Below the pieces are notes generated by a model, which made no database searches, had not been told where the DNA came from, and saw only the letters and a program-made list of their open reading frames with translations. A program made the position numbers and the translations under genes. 64,000 bases of DNA. Source: Octopus vulgaris. Taxonomy: Eukaryota. The DNA lies in assembly GCA_951406725.2 (NCBI GenBank), contig OX597815.1, forward strand, positions 193,626,001-193,690,000. The letters are read 5' to 3'. Positions 28,447 to 43,786 of the stretch are shown in pieces (the stretch's first letter is position 1; the number at the start of each line of letters is the position of its first letter).

Positions 28447-28848
28447 TCTTTATATATAAAAGTAAGGTTGTGTGTCTGTCTCCTACGATTTAGATTCCTA
28501 ACTACTCCCACATTTTGCGGTGCAGTTTAACCAAAACCGGGTATCTTATAGTCGTGATTCATATCGAGCCCTTCTGGGTATTAGCGCGCGTCTACAATGA
28601 GTCTACTATTTAAAAAAAAATTTACCATCATTTTTTTTTCCATTTTAATGCATTTTTTCGCTATCATATAAGGGAAGTAACTCTCTAAAAATGTGTACGA
28701 TGAGTCAACGATTAAAATAAAAATTTACCATCATTTTTTTTTTCATTTTGAATGCCTTTTTTTGATATTTTTTTGGCTATAACTCTCTAAAAATGCTTAT
28801 ATAGTTATTTCCCTTACAAACCCGAGCAACGCCGTGCGATACTGCTAG
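28447..28848 (+). mobile_element. Non-autonomous Helitron
   Basis: A|TCTTTATATATAAAAG start, subterminal CCCGAGCAACGCCG, CTAG|T end; internal duplication of roughly 110 bp. Confidence 0.85.
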
Positions 28849-29517
28849 TAATTGATAAAATAAAGTAAGATTATGAAGGAAAAAATAAACAGCGCTTAAG
28901 AATAGATAATTTAGATTTTGATTTTAATAAAACTAAACTTGGAAAATTATTAGATGTTTTGAAGCCCACTTCGTGAAATATTGAAGAGGTCGAAGTCCCT
29001 CAAAGTCTTTAAGAAGTAAAATGGAACGAACTAAATAATATCTAAAATTTAAAACAGATTTAAATAATTTTCCTGGCGCACCAGAAAGCGGCAGTCATAT
29101 GAGGACAATAAAACAAATTATGAAGGCATTTGCCCTAAGTTTTGTCGAAGTAGAAAGAGATTTACAATTCATCAAATTTTTGTAGCGATAAAAGAGGAAC
29201 ACGTATAAAGTTTTATGCTTGGGGCCACCAATAAGATTTTGGAACTTATTAACACATGTCAAATAAGGGATCAAATTTCACTGATTTATTTTGTCTAGCA
29301 GAGTTCGTGTACCTCAAATTATAGTTTACAGAGATAGTGCAGGTGTGGTTGCGTGGTAACCACATGATTTCTGGTTCAGTCCCAATGCGCGGCAACTTAA
29401 TCAACCATCTTCTGTTACAGCTCCGGGCCAACCAAAGACTCGTGAGTAGCTTTGGTAGATGGAAACTGAAAGTAGACGGTCGTAAGTGTGTGTATATATG
29501 TATCTATTACATACACA

Positions 29518-29584
<67 letters not shown>

Positions 29585-30085
29585 CATATACATACATATA
29601 GATACATATACATACATACATACATACATACATACATACATACATACATACATACATACATACATACATACATACATACATACATACACACGCTATTATT
29701 TAGGTTAGTAAAGAACTCTGGGTATTCTTATAGCAAGGTCCGAGTTTATGGTTCATCACAATTCAGTTTTATAAATCCGTGGATGGGCTCCAGTCAAACT
29801 GGTTTTTGCACGGAGTGATACATAAGACAAGGTATAGGTAAAGGTCATTACATAGTTTTCTTTATTAAAGTAAATTTGGCTTACAGCTGTTTCCAGTGGT
29901 AACTATAGGGCCGTTACTGATAGGTTTATTCAATTGGTCTATGTATGTATGTATGTATGTATGTATGTATGTATGTATGTATGTATGTATGTATGTATGG
30001 AGAGTTTACGAAAAAAACAAAAGACGAAGACAAGTGGTGTAGAAAACAAACAGATGTATTAGTATACCGCTCAGGAATAGAAAAA

Positions 30086-30128
30086 GTCTTTTACGTTTCG
30101 AGCCTACGCTCTTCTACAGAAAGGGACA
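30086..30128 (-). ncRNA. Hammerhead-like motif with A6U core in a Penelope-type 3' fragment (29998-30215)
   Basis: TTT CTGTAGA A GAGC GTAG GCTC GAAA C GTA AAA; homologue at 39640-39673. Confidence 0.5.
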
Positions 30129-30689
30129 CTGAAAACAAGGAGAGAAACAAGGAGAGAAAAAAATGTGTGTAGTGGCTAACGATCTATCATGGCGACTGAC
30201 TGCCGGGCAGAAGGGTCTGTATGTATGTATGTATGTATGTATGTATTCATGCATGTATAAGGAAGTGCGTGTGTGTGTTACGGTCTCTTTGTCTTGATGG
30301 TTGTAAACGAGTGTCACCACTATGCATGCAATGGCCTTTGTTTCCAATCTTCCATGTAAACGTATGAGGGTTTACGACAGGAGAAGCATCCGTCCATAGA
30401 ATATGCACCTCAAGAAAGTCCATCCAGCCGTTGCAAGCATGGAAATGTAGACGCTAAAACGATGGTGATACTGATGAGAGAAATCGAAGATATTTAGAAA
30501 TCGTAACATAAGGCGTCTGTAAGTGTTGAAATTCTTGAAGCCCTTTCGATATAACAGAAGTCCGAAGATTTTATTTTTTCAAAAAAGGCATTTATAATTA
30601 ATTTTTATTCAGATTCCAAATTCATCAAGGCGTGTCGAGACATTGCAGAAGGCTAGTAATACCGAGGTGGTTATGTAAGTTGACAACAT

Positions 30690-31232
30690 TGACCCCAGAG
30701 TTCAACTGGTACTTATTTTATCGACTTCAAAGGATGAGAGGCAAAATGACCTCGGTAGAATTTGAACTCAGAGCATAAAGGCGGACGAAATGCCACTAAG
30801 CATTTTGTCCGGCGTGTTGACGATTCTTATTTCTTTATTGCCCACAAGGGGCTAAACATATACAGGGGCAAACAAGGACAGACAAAGGGATTAAGTCGAT
30901 TACATTGACCCCCAGTGCGTAACTGGTACTTAATTTATTGACCCCAAAAGGATGAAAGTCAAAGTCGACCTCGACGGAATTTGAACTCAGAACATAAAGA
31001 CAGACGAAATACCTATTTCTTTACTACCCACTGAGAGGACAAACAAGGACAGACAAACGGATTAAGTTGATTACATCGACCCCAGTGCGTAACTGGTATT
31101 TAATTTATCGACCCCGAAAGGATGAAAGGCAAAGTCGACCTCGGCGGAATTTGAACTCAGAACGTAAAGACAGACAAAATACCGCTATGCATTTTCCCCG
31201 GCGTGCTAACGATTCTACCAGCTTGCCGCCTT
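30690..31232 (-). mobile_element. SINE-B cluster (three units)
   Basis: Repeated GACCCCGAAAGGATGAAAGGCAAAGTCGACCTCGGCGGAATTTGAACTCAG-type units. Confidence 0.85.
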
Positions 31233-31844
31233 GAGGCGCGTCTAATTTGAACCCTGCTTAAGAGGTCTTTTTTTTTTCTTGCTGCTGGTTTAACCGGTTA
31301 TTAAAATTTCTTCAGTTCCGCGGATAGTTAGCATTCTTGCTGCTTAGCACTGTCTGCTTTTATCTGTCTATTTATTTAATGTAGTAAAGTGGAGTTCCTT
31401 CCCGAGTTGTACAGACCCATAAAGGCCGGTTTCTCGGTTTTCATGGCATATATTTTCCCCACATGGACGGGACACCGATCGGTCGCATCTTTAACACGAA
31501 ATAACTTCTAAAATATCAAATTTTGTCAAAAATATACCAAAGTAAACCGTGTTCTGCGTGAGACATTCCACCAGTACACAAAGTTTTAAACTGTTTAGTT
31601 AAAAAAAAAAAATTAATTAAAAAATCTGTGCGCCAAACTGAACAGATCCGGAAAAGCTAAATAGACACAAACTAGAGCTTGACCGACCCTTGCTGTGTGA
31701 GGGTGCCTGATTAATGAAAGACCCAATCATTAAATGACCGTCATTAATGATATGTTCAGGTACACCACAAAATGATGTTCGGAAAATTACTTATTAGAGA
31801 GAGGGAGGGGAGAGAGGGAGGGGAGAGAGGAGAGAGAGAGAGAG

Positions 31845-31897
<53 letters not shown>

Positions 31898-32078
31898 GTG
31901 TGTATGAGTTTCTGTGTGTAAGTCTGTACTGAGCTTGTGTGACTCTGTGTGTGTGTGTCTGTACACAATGTGATAAGTATAAAAGTATGAAAATATTCAC
32001 GTATGTGTGCGTATATCTATGTATGATGTATATCTAAGTATGTTAGTGTATATGTAAATGTATGTATGAATGTGTGTA

Positions 32079-32237
<159 letters not shown>

Positions 32238-32565
32238 ACATGTATATGTGTGTGTGGGCATAGATCCAGCCCACAAAATACTGATCATTCTTAAATTTTC
32301 CATTGGGTTATTCTTGATAGACTTAAATCTTCCCCCACCCCGTTCTCTTATTCTTTAATCTTATTCTCTATCTTTAATTTTATTTTTATATTTATTTTTT
32401 CTTGATATCATTTACTTTTTTCTCGTCTTCTCCTTCCCCTTTTCCGCCTTCTTTCTTCTTTCCTTTTGTTGTTGTGACGCTTCTTCTTCACACATGCTTC
32501 CGTTTTCTTTATATATGCACACACACACACACACACACAGACACACACACACACACACACACACA

Positions 32566-32788
32566 CGGCGAGCTGGCAGACACGTTAGCGCGCCGGGCGA
32601 AATGCTTAGCGGTATTTCGTCTGTCGTTACGTTCTGAGTTCAAATTCCGCCGAGGTCAACTTTGCCTTTCATCCTTTCGGGGTCAATAAATTAAGTACCA
32701 GTTTCGCACTGGGGGCGGATAATCGACTCAATCCCTTCGTCTCTCCTTGTTTGTCCCCTCTATGTTTAGCCCCTTGTGGGCAGTAAAG

Positions 32789-32879
<91 letters not shown>

Positions 32880-33290
32880 CAGAGAGAGACTGAGAGAGGG
32901 TTCTACTCTAGGGAGAAGACCCGTAATTTTGGGGGAGGGGGCCAGTTGATTAGATCGATCCCAGTACGCAACTGGTACTTAATTTATCGACCCCGAAATG
33001 ATGAAAAGCAAAGTCCATTTCGGCGGAATTTGAACTCAGAAGGTAAAGACAGATGAAATACCTATTTCTTTATTACCCACAAGGGGCTAAACACAGAGGG
33101 AGCAAACAAGGACAGACATAGGTATTAAGTCGATTACATCGACCCCAGTTCGTAACTGGTACTTAATTTATCGACCCCGAAAGGATGAAAAGCAAAGTCG
33201 ATTTCGGCGGAATTTGAACTCAGAATGTAAAAACAGATGAAATACCGCTAAACATTTCGGCCGGCGTGCTAACATTTCTGCAAGTTCGCC
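32566..33290. mobile_element. Two oppositely oriented SINE-B copies (+32566-32792; -32900-33290)
   Basis: Family-B motifs on both strands, separated by TA/GA microsatellite. Confidence 0.85.
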
Positions 33291-33465
33291 AGGTTTTACT
33301 CATTCTTTCAAATATATGTAATTCTGTACCAAGGATATATATGTATGAATGTATATGTATATATATATATGTATATATATATATATTCGCCTTAAATGGT
33401 TCCTTTGCATACTGAACACTTGGTGAAATTGATTAATAATTAATTAATTTTACCCTCAATTGTTG

Positions 33466-33541
<76 letters not shown>

Positions 33542-33545
33542 AATA

Positions 33546-33576
<31 letters not shown>

Positions 33577-33577
33577 T

Positions 33578-33644
<67 letters not shown>

Positions 33645-33786
33645 GTATATATATATCGTGAAGTATATTTGCTAACTAAATGTGGCTGATCCATATAGGA
33701 CGACCCTACTGTAGTTTATAGCCCCAGGAAGACATCTCCTCCAGCTGGCTAACGACTCACTGTCCGTTCCTGATCAACCTGATACG

Positions 33787-33827
33787 CCCGGACCTGGGTT
33801 TCCGAGTAGTAACCCGTCATCAGCGTG
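33787..33827 (-). ncRNA. Type I hammerhead ribozyme motif
   Basis: CACG CTGATGA CGGGT TACT ACTCG GAAA CC CA GGTC CGGG: canonical core, 5-bp stem II, GUC site, weak stem I. Confidence 0.7.
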
Positions 33828-34187
33828 TGACAATCACCGGGTAGGGGGACGAGAAGTGATTTCGAACGCGAAATACTATCATGCTTTTTCCAGTGACAAA
33901 AGGTCGATGACCAGGGACCGTGTGTATCACGTCAGGCTAGAAATGGCAACGATGATTTCCTTCGCAAATACTGATAGGACACAGACAGTGTTGTTAGACA
34001 GTCGGGGGAGATGTCTTCCTGGGGCTATAAACTACAGTAGCATCGCCCCATAAGGGGTCAGCCACAAACTTCACGATGCTGCGCTGCTACTGTTTACATC
34101 TCGCTCAGAGATTTATTATTGCACACACGCACACAAATGCGCGCATACACACACACACACACACACATATATATAAATATATGTATG

Positions 34188-34247
<60 letters not shown>

Positions 34248-34312
34248 TTTATGCAAATTTCTAAAGTGAAATCGTGTGTTGAAACAGAGTATATTATATT
34301 TTTGATCACATT

Positions 34313-34377
<65 letters not shown>

Positions 34378-34540
34378 TAGTATTATTATAATATTTTTGA
34401 CAAATAAACAGACTCAGAAAATATATGTATGTATATGTATGTATATATATATATATATTCCATTTCCTGAGCGCCTATTAATAATAATACTGTAATTGTT
34501 CCATTGTTGTTGTTTTTTTGTTTCCCGTTTGGATTAAAAT

Positions 34541-34627
<87 letters not shown>

Positions 34628-35532
34628 GTGTGTGTTGTGTGTGTGTATGCATACAGACATGTGTGCGTGTGTGTGCATGTGCTTATATACATACATACAT
34701 ACATACATACATACATGCCAAAGTCACCACAAAGCCCGCGCCTCGTGAAATAAATCAACGCCTATTTTCAAAAGCTCTTTACGAGGAAATATTCGGGTTA
34801 ATTTGCTAGGGGTTTACTATAAGTGCAAACAACTGCACAGTTTTTTAGTACCACTGGAAATAGTGCGGATAGAAAAATCGATATATTGATCTATGTAGTC
34901 GTATAAAATGCAATATGCTTCTTTCCTCCCTGTCTGATTAGTCAACGATAAGGAGTGACCAGAGTTCCAATAATTTTATTTGAGCTTAAAATGATTGAAG
35001 CTTCCAGGAGTAGTTATTTGGATTTAAACACCTTGATTGAATCTTTAAAATGTATAACAAATAATTACAAAGAATTGTAACAGCTGTCTGTACTTCTGAC
35101 GATCATCTATAGGCTATTCACGAAATGTTATCTACTGTTGAATGATTCGCCCAAGTTTAGTGACGTAACTCGCAACGCCTTTCATAAACTTGTTGCTGAC
35201 ACTGTTCTAAGTTCACACCAAGTTGGATAGTTTGTTTCGTTACGCTAAGACAAACAGTAGATCACCAATTTCCACGGATTTAATTCTTCATTCTTCCATC
35301 GCTCACATACTTCACTCAGCAGCTCCACTTCACTATCATGGAATCCTGTAAGTATACATTACCGACTTTTAATGTTTCCATAACACTTTTCAAGCTTACA
35401 TAATAAACCTATTTCCGAACACACACACACACACGCGCAAAATTCGGTGAATTGGGTGAGACTAGAATTCCAAATATTCCTTCTGGTAGATTATGGCGGC
35501 TAATTTATGAGTAGTGTAAACAAACTTGTTCA

Positions 35533-35953
35533 CACTCTTTTACTAGTTTCAGTCATTTGACTGCGGCCATGCTGGATCACTGCCTTTAGTCGAGCAAATC
35601 GACCCCAGGACTTATTCTTTGTAAGCGCAGTATTTATTCTATCATTCTCTTTTGCCGAACTGTTAAGTTACGGCACGTAAACACACCACCATCGATTGTC
35701 AAGCGATGGTGGGGGACAAACAGACACACAAACATACACACACACACACACAAACATATATATATATATATATATTCACATATACATATATACGACGGGC
35801 TTCTTTCAGTTTCCGTCTATCAAATCCACTCACACGGCTTTGGACGGCTTGAGGTTATAGTAGAAGACACTTGCTCAAGGTGCCACGCACTGGGACTGAA
35901 CCCGGAACCATGTGGCTGGTAAGCAATCTACTTACCACACAGCCTCTCCTGCG
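35533..35953 (-). mobile_element. SINE family A, full length
   Basis: Reverse complement of the family-A pattern. Confidence 0.85.
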
Positions 35954-36364
35954 TGAACAAAAAAAAAATTATTATTATTATTATAAAGCAGCCTACTGGG
36001 TGTTAGCAAATACGTAGAAAACGAATTTTAAAAAAATAATAATTGCGCTAACGACCCTGGAGGGTGAAGAGAGGACTTTCGGAAAATTCAAAAGATCCGA
36101 TTTTTTCGTCATAACTTTCGGTAAAATGGATATATATATATTGATTTTTTTTTTTACGGAATCCCACGTTTTTGGTTATGGATGATCCGATAATGCAAAA
36201 AAAAAAAAAGAAAACAAAAATGTTCATGGGTGAAGATCTTTATATTGACCATTCTGCCATTAAGTACTTTTTTGTTAGTAAATTTCCATAAATTTAATCG
36301 ATAAAGGAGTGCATTTGTTTACAGTTTTTTTCTTACATTTTGAATATTATTATTTAATATTATA

Positions 36365-36860
36365 AAGCGGTGAGCTGGCAGAATCGTTGGCAGAATCGCA
36401 CGCTGGACAAAATGTTTAGCTGCATTTGTCTGTCGTTACGTTCTGAGTTCAAATTCCACTGAGGTCGACTTTACTTTTCATCCTTTCGGGATCGATAAAT
36501 TGGTACTACTTAAGAAGAGTGGTCCCGGTGCGCGCACTCGCGTACTCTCGCATCTGCACAAGCTAGTCGTGACGAGTCGATCCTACAACGACTACCTAGC
36601 AAAGTAAATAAAACACAAAATAAATAACTTTTTTTATACAAAGTAAAATAATTTTTTAAAACGAAATAAAACACAAAGTAAGGATCGACTAGTCACCACT
36701 AGCTAGCGCGGATACGCGAGTACGCGAGTGCGCGCATCGGGACCACTTTTCTTAAGTAATACCCGATAAATTGAGTACCAGTGAAACACTGGGTCGATGT
36801 CATCAACTAGTACCCATCTGCAAATTTCAGGCCTTGTGCCTATAGTAGAAAAGATTATTA
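36365..36860 (+). mobile_element. SINE-B interrupted by a MITE
   Basis: Family-B sequence resumes at 36764 after the insertion. Confidence 0.8.
36502..36763. mobile_element. MITE with ~85-bp TIRs (GG..CC termini) and 9-bp TSD CGATAAATT
   Basis: GGTACTACTTAAGAAGAGTGGTCCCG.. / ..CGGGACCACTTTTCTTAAGTAATACC; TSD at 36493-36501 and 36764-36772. Confidence 0.9.
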
Positions 36861-37284
36861 TCTAATATTATATTAAGTTAATAAAAACTTTTCTCTTAAA
36901 AATTTAAGGATCAAGAAATTTTATATAAGTTAACCAAAGTTATTCAATGTCTACCGTTTTTACTTGGCGACGAAATTTTGCTGCCACAGTTACCCGCATA
37001 CGTACATACAAATATACATACATATGTATATATTTATATTTGCGTATATATAAAAGTAAACGCCACCACAAATGACTTTATCAACAAGGCCTTGGAATAA
37101 ATAACACACACGCAAATATCAAAAACGATATATTCAAAAGAGTTACGGAGATGTACTTGCATAGCAAGTGATTTGATCTGGGATCGTGTGCTGGAACGAA
37201 AACAATTGCAGCGTGGAAGGGTGTTTGTAAGCCATTTAAGAAACACACAAAAGCCGTTCGATTCACTTCAACATGCTACGGATT

Positions 37285-37335
37285 TTTGTCAGTGAACAGG
37301 TCGCGGTCTTATAGCGACGAAAATATTTTGACAAA
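37285..37335 (+). ncRNA. Hammerhead-fold motif with G3-C8 swapped core, in the spacer of a ~65-bp inverted repeat
   Basis: TTTGTCA GTGAACA G GTCGC GGTCTTATA GCGAC GAAA ATAT TT TGACAAA. Confidence 0.65.
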
Positions 37336-37924
37336 TTAAACTTAAATGTTGAAGTGAATCGAACGGCTTTTGTGTGTTTCTTAAATGGCTTACAAACACC
37401 TTTCACGCTTCAAGAGAGTTACTTGACATAAATTTATTCAGAAAAATTCCATTCACTACTATTCCAACCACAACGGGTCGCTTTTAGAATTGACCAATTA
37501 AAAGGATTCCACCAACATCCTGCTACTTTTTCTGCTTCTTCTTCGCCACCTCCTTTTATCTACTACTACTACTACTGCTGCTTAAACTATCAAAGACAGG
37601 AATTCCTATCAAACTACTACCAACTGCTGCTAGAACTCAGAAGGGTAAAAAAAGAGAGACAATGAAAACTGAAAAACATCCCTCGCATTTGAAAACTATA
37701 GACATATTTTTAAAAACATTTCATGTAATTTTTCCATAATTTAATTGTTTTTCCTTCTTTGCTCTAAGTTGAAAAAGTCGCAAAGACTTAAACTGGTACT
37801 AAAATGTTCTTCATGATAAACTTAATTTAGCGTTCTCCACCTTTTTCAATTCCCGAGCGTTATACTAATACATCTGTTTGTTTTCTACACCACCTATCTT
37901 TTGTTTTGTTCGTGAATTCTCCCC

Positions 37925-37956
<32 letters not shown>

Positions 37957-38150
37957 GAGCGTCCAATAACACTATACTTGTTCCACGTCCTCGCGTTGTT
38001 GCGTTTTCTCTTTGTGTTTTCATGTTTGGATTAACTTTATATATATGTATATCTATCTATATATATATATATTTATATATATTTACTGATAGAAATGGTA
38101 AGACAACAAAAGAATGAAAGAGACCTCGATATTATGTAAATTTATGTATG

Positions 38151-38201
<51 letters not shown>

Positions 38202-38477
38202 GTACATATAGGCCAGTTTAGCCAATAAAAACATACGCACTATATACACTACATAATATAAGATAGAGCTGAAGCAAGTGAACACTTCACGGAGCCACAC
38301 ATATAGATGCATACATATGCAAATATTATAATATGTGGGTGTGTCCGTGAGTGCGTGAATGTGTATTGACAATATATATATATACATATACAAATATACA
38401 TATTTCTTTATTACCCACAAGGGGCTAAACATATACAAATATACAATGTGTCTGTGTGTGTGTGTGTGTGTATACAT

Positions 38478-39485
<1,008 letters not shown>

Positions 39486-39503
39486 TTGAACTTTACATAA
39501 AAC

Positions 39504-39569
<66 letters not shown>

Positions 39570-39639
39570 CATTATTATTATTATTATTATTATACTTTCT
39601 AAACTTTCCTGTACTTTCTGTTCTTTCTTTCTGTGTTCC

Positions 39640-39673
39640 TTTCTGTGGAAGAGCGTAGGCTCGAAACGTTAAA
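39640..39673 (+). ncRNA. Hammerhead-like motif with A6U core
   Basis: TTT CTGTGGA A GAGC GTAG GCTC GAAA CG TT AAA. Confidence 0.5.
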
Positions 39674-39778
39674 AACTTTTTCAATTCCCGAGCGTTATAC
39701 TAATACATCTGTTTGTTTTCTACACCACCTGTCTTCGTCTTTTGTTTTTTTGTGAATTCTCCCCCCCCCCTATATATA

Positions 39779-39840
<62 letters not shown>

Positions 39841-39845
<5 letters not shown>

Positions 39846-40195
39846 TTAATAAGGGTGAGAGAATTAGATACTAATTTAATAGCATATCTATTCAACACCA
39901 AGTGGCCCAGTGCCTCGAGAAACCTGGATTATTATAATATTTTATAATATATTATAATATTTTATACAAAAATAAATATAAGAGAATGGTCACTATGTGG
40001 CTCATTCTAGCACTAGAAAATCCAAAAGGTTTCAACCACAAAAATACATGTTTCCTATGAAAGTCAGTACGATTGTTAGCTCTCGTGTGAGCTAACAATC
40101 GTACTGACTTTCATAGGAAACATGTATTTTTGTAGTTGAAACCTTTTGGATTTTCTAGTGCTAGAATGAGCCACATAGTGACCATTCTCTTATAT

Positions 40196-40203
<8 letters not shown>
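39841..40203 (-). repeat. (TA)n-flanked asymmetric fold-back element (~115-bp arms, apex ~40085)
   Basis: Near-perfect inverted repeat ~39968-40082 / 40089-40203; the arms carry GAAACATGTA, which resembles the 3' half of a hammerhead. Confidence 0.85.
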
Positions 40204-40227
<24 letters not shown>

Positions 40228-40327
40228 TTATTTATTATATAGAAGGAGCTTCTACAGGACTAGAACTGTTTCATTCAAGTATTGAGTACCTTATTTACTG
40301 TGGTTAACCCCGAATCAACCCGGGACC

Positions 40328-40402
<75 letters not shown>

Positions 40403-40425
40403 AGAATATGTGTCTGCATATATAC

Positions 40426-40462
<37 letters not shown>

Positions 40463-40465
40463 CAT

Positions 40466-40639
40466 GCGCAGGAGCGGCTGAGTGGTAAGTAGCTTGCTTA
40501 CCAACCACATGGTTCCAGGTTTAGCCCCACTGGGCACTGCGTCGCACCTTGGGCAGGTGTCTTCTACTATAGCCTCGAGCCGAACAAAGCCTTGTGGGCG
40601 GATTTGGTAGACGGAAACTGAAAGAAGCCTGTTGTATGT

Positions 40640-40726
<87 letters not shown>

Positions 40727-40935
40727 CTTGTGTGTCAGTGTTTGTACCCCCACCATCGCTTGACGACCGATGTTGGTGCGTTTACGTGCCCGAAATTTAA
40801 CAGTTCGGCAAGAAGGAAAGATAGAATAAGTACTATGCTTACAAAGAATATGTCCAGGGGTTGATTTGCTCGACTAAAGGCGGTGCTCCAGCATGGCTGT
40901 AGTCAAATCACTGAAACAAGTGAGAGAATAAAAGA
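40466..40935 (+). mobile_element. SINE family A, full length
   Basis: Family-A head, body and tail. Confidence 0.85.
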
Positions 40936-40939
40936 ATGT

Positions 40940-40987
<48 letters not shown>

Positions 40988-41058
40988 ATAAATAAATAAA
41001 ATATATGCATATATACATACATATATGTACATACTTACATCTACATGTATATATACAT

Positions 41059-41109
<51 letters not shown>

Positions 41110-41316
41110 TACAGGACACCACAAATAAACGTAGAACACAACGAGAGACGAAAACAAAATCAAACAAGGAAACGGACTTTTTTTAACAACGAAAAAGCAA
41201 GGAAATGGACTTTTTTTTTAAACAACGAAAAAACAGAGTACAGGAGAAACAATACAAGGAAAATTCCCCTTCATTAGCTGCCCCTGGTTCGACTCAATGC
41301 GTGTTTCGAAGGTAGA

Positions 41317-42276
41317 GCGGAGGCAATGCGAGCAGTACCTAAAGGAACATTACTAAAATACACACAGAAAGATTAAATTCATACATATATTCATACATTC
41401 ATTTATATCTACAGAACAGATATAAAGTCCGACGTTTAAAAATATAATAATACATAAATAAATAAACATCATATAAAAATATATAAATATATAAGAATCA
41501 ATGTTGCATATATAACACATTGAATTTACGCTTAAAATCATAAAACATTTGGTAAATTAAAAATTTGGGATAATTAAACGTATAAAGGACAAATTAAAAT
41601 GGCGTGTTAAAATTCCAGAAAAAAATACAGAAAAAAATATAAAAAATAAAAATACAAAATTTATAAAATTGTTCAGAGATGCACCAATTAATATGAAACA
41701 TTTCATATATTCGAACCTGACACTCCCCTCATCAGGATGTTTTTTACACGCAATACACAATACATGTGTTCTCTCGCACACAGTTGGTATGTAATTGTAC
41801 ACTTGTTTCCATGTATTGTGTGTGAAAAACATCCTGTTGAGGATAGTGTCAATCTCGAATATATGAAATGTCTCGTATTGATTGGCGCGTCTCCGAAACG
41901 GTCCGTAGATGAACAATTTTGTAATTTTCATGTTTTTATTTTTTCTGGAATTTTAATACGACATTTTAATATGTCCTTTTATATGTTTTATTATCCCAAA
42001 TTTCTAATTTACCAAACGTTTTATGATTTTAAGCGTAAATTCACTGTGGTTTGTATGCAACACTGATTCTTATATTACTCTTTTACCCTTTTACTTGTTT
42101 CAGTCATTTGACTGCGGCCATGCTGGAGCACCGCCTTTAGTCGAGCAAATCGACCCCGGGACTTATTCTTTGTAAGCCCAGTACTTATTCTATCGGTCTC
42201 TAAGTAACGGGGACATAAACACACCAGCATCGGTTGTCAAGCAATGCTAGGGGGACAAACACAGACACACAAACAT

Positions 42277-42351
<75 letters not shown>

Positions 42352-42825
42352 TATGACGGGCTTCTTTCAGTTTCCGTCTACCAAATCCACTCACAAGGCT
42401 TTGGTCGGCCCGAGGCTATAGTAGAAGACACTTGCCCAAGGTGCCACGCAGTGGGACTGAACCCGGAACCATGTGGTTGGTAAACAAGCTACTTACCACA
42501 CAGCCACTCCTGTGCCTAAATATATATATTTATATATATTATATGATGTTTATTTATTTATATATTATTATATTTTTAAACGTCGGACTTTATAGCTGTT
42601 ATGTAGAAATAAATGATTATATGAATATATGTATATATGTATTTGATTTTTCTGTGTGGATTTTAGTAATGTTCCTTTAGTTACTGCTCGCATTGCCTCC
42701 GCTCAGATTAAGAAGTGGAATATGGTTCATTTGGAGCACTACAACTCCAGTCTGTTTTATATTTTGAGTATTGTTATTACTAGCGATCTCAAGATATAAT
42801 TGTGTATTTTGTATTTCATATATAT
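41317..42825. mobile_element. Large fold-back Penelope-type 3' fragment; right arm interrupted by a SINE-A (-42076-42517)
   Basis: 41317-41745 is the diverged reverse complement of 41825-42075 + 42518-42705; extra tail 42705-42825. Confidence 0.75.
41830..41911 (+). ncRNA. Type I hammerhead motif with long stem II
   Basis: CATC CTGTTGA GGATAGTGTCAATC..GATTGGCGCGTCTCC GAAA CGG T CCGT A GATG; the opposite arm retains canonical CTGATGA. Confidence 0.65.
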
Positions 42826-42827
42826 AC

Positions 42828-42894
<67 letters not shown>

Positions 42895-42896
<2 letters not shown>

Positions 42897-43113
42897 GATT
42901 GTCTTAACTGGTACATCACACGTATTGAGAAGAGCATTGTCACTGTGAGAACTATTACTACCCATGTAGTAATAGTTTTTTAACTTAAAAAAAAAAAAAA
43001 TGAACGAATTATTGAGTTTAGTTTAATGGCCTACCAATGAATACTATGAGTTTCTTTGCCCTAGGAGTCGGGAAGACACTCGGCAAGAAATGGAAGCAAA
43101 TTTGAAAGAAGAA
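42895..43113 (+). mobile_element. 3' end of a Dong/R4-like non-LTR element in (TAA)n
   Basis: KIVLTGTSHVLRRALSL* resembles R4/Dong C-termini; short 3' UTR; (TAA)n on both sides. Confidence 0.65.
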
Positions 43114-43198
<85 letters not shown>

Positions 43199-43450
43199 TT
43201 TTTATGGAGGCAAAATCTGCGCAGTCTAAAAGAACATAACTAAGATACACATTCGAAACTTATATAAATATATATATATATTCTTTATAAAATGGAAATA
43301 TAAATTCCAAAATACATATATATACATATCTTGAATATAGCTCACAACGGGCACTACATCTTCCTATCTGTATATTAAAGGGAGTTATTGTTAACATTAA
43401 CAAGCTCTAAATAAACTATATAATATATATTTATATATGTATGTATATAT

Positions 43451-43712
43451 ATATTGCTGTATTTAGGAATGGTCATTTTGCCAGTTTAATCAATAAAAAC
43501 ACACGCACTATATATTTGGTGTTACTTTGCTTAGCGTTATTTATTTTTTACATTAATTTTAATCTTAAAAAATAAATAACGTTGAAGCAAAGTAACACCA
43601 AATATATAGTGCGTGTGTTTTTATTGATTAAACTGGCAAAATGACCATTCCTAAATACAACAATATCTGTTTCAACACACGATTTCACATCAAAAATCTT
43701 GCAAAACAAATA
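43451..43712 (+). mobile_element. Miniature fold-back relative of the 3' end of the Penelope-like element at 52488-55552
   Basis: ~100-bp arms match 52542-52645; only the sense arm carries the tail CTGTTTCAACACACGATTTCACATCAAAAATCTTGC. Confidence 0.85.
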
Positions 43713-43786
43713 TGTATGTATGTATGCATGTATGTATGTATGTATGTATGTATGTATGTATGTATGTATGTATGTATGTGTATATA

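Noticed and set aside
27950-29250. Possible Mutator-like transposase remnant around the Helitron
   Set aside because: Only faint motif resemblance; needs a translated profile search.
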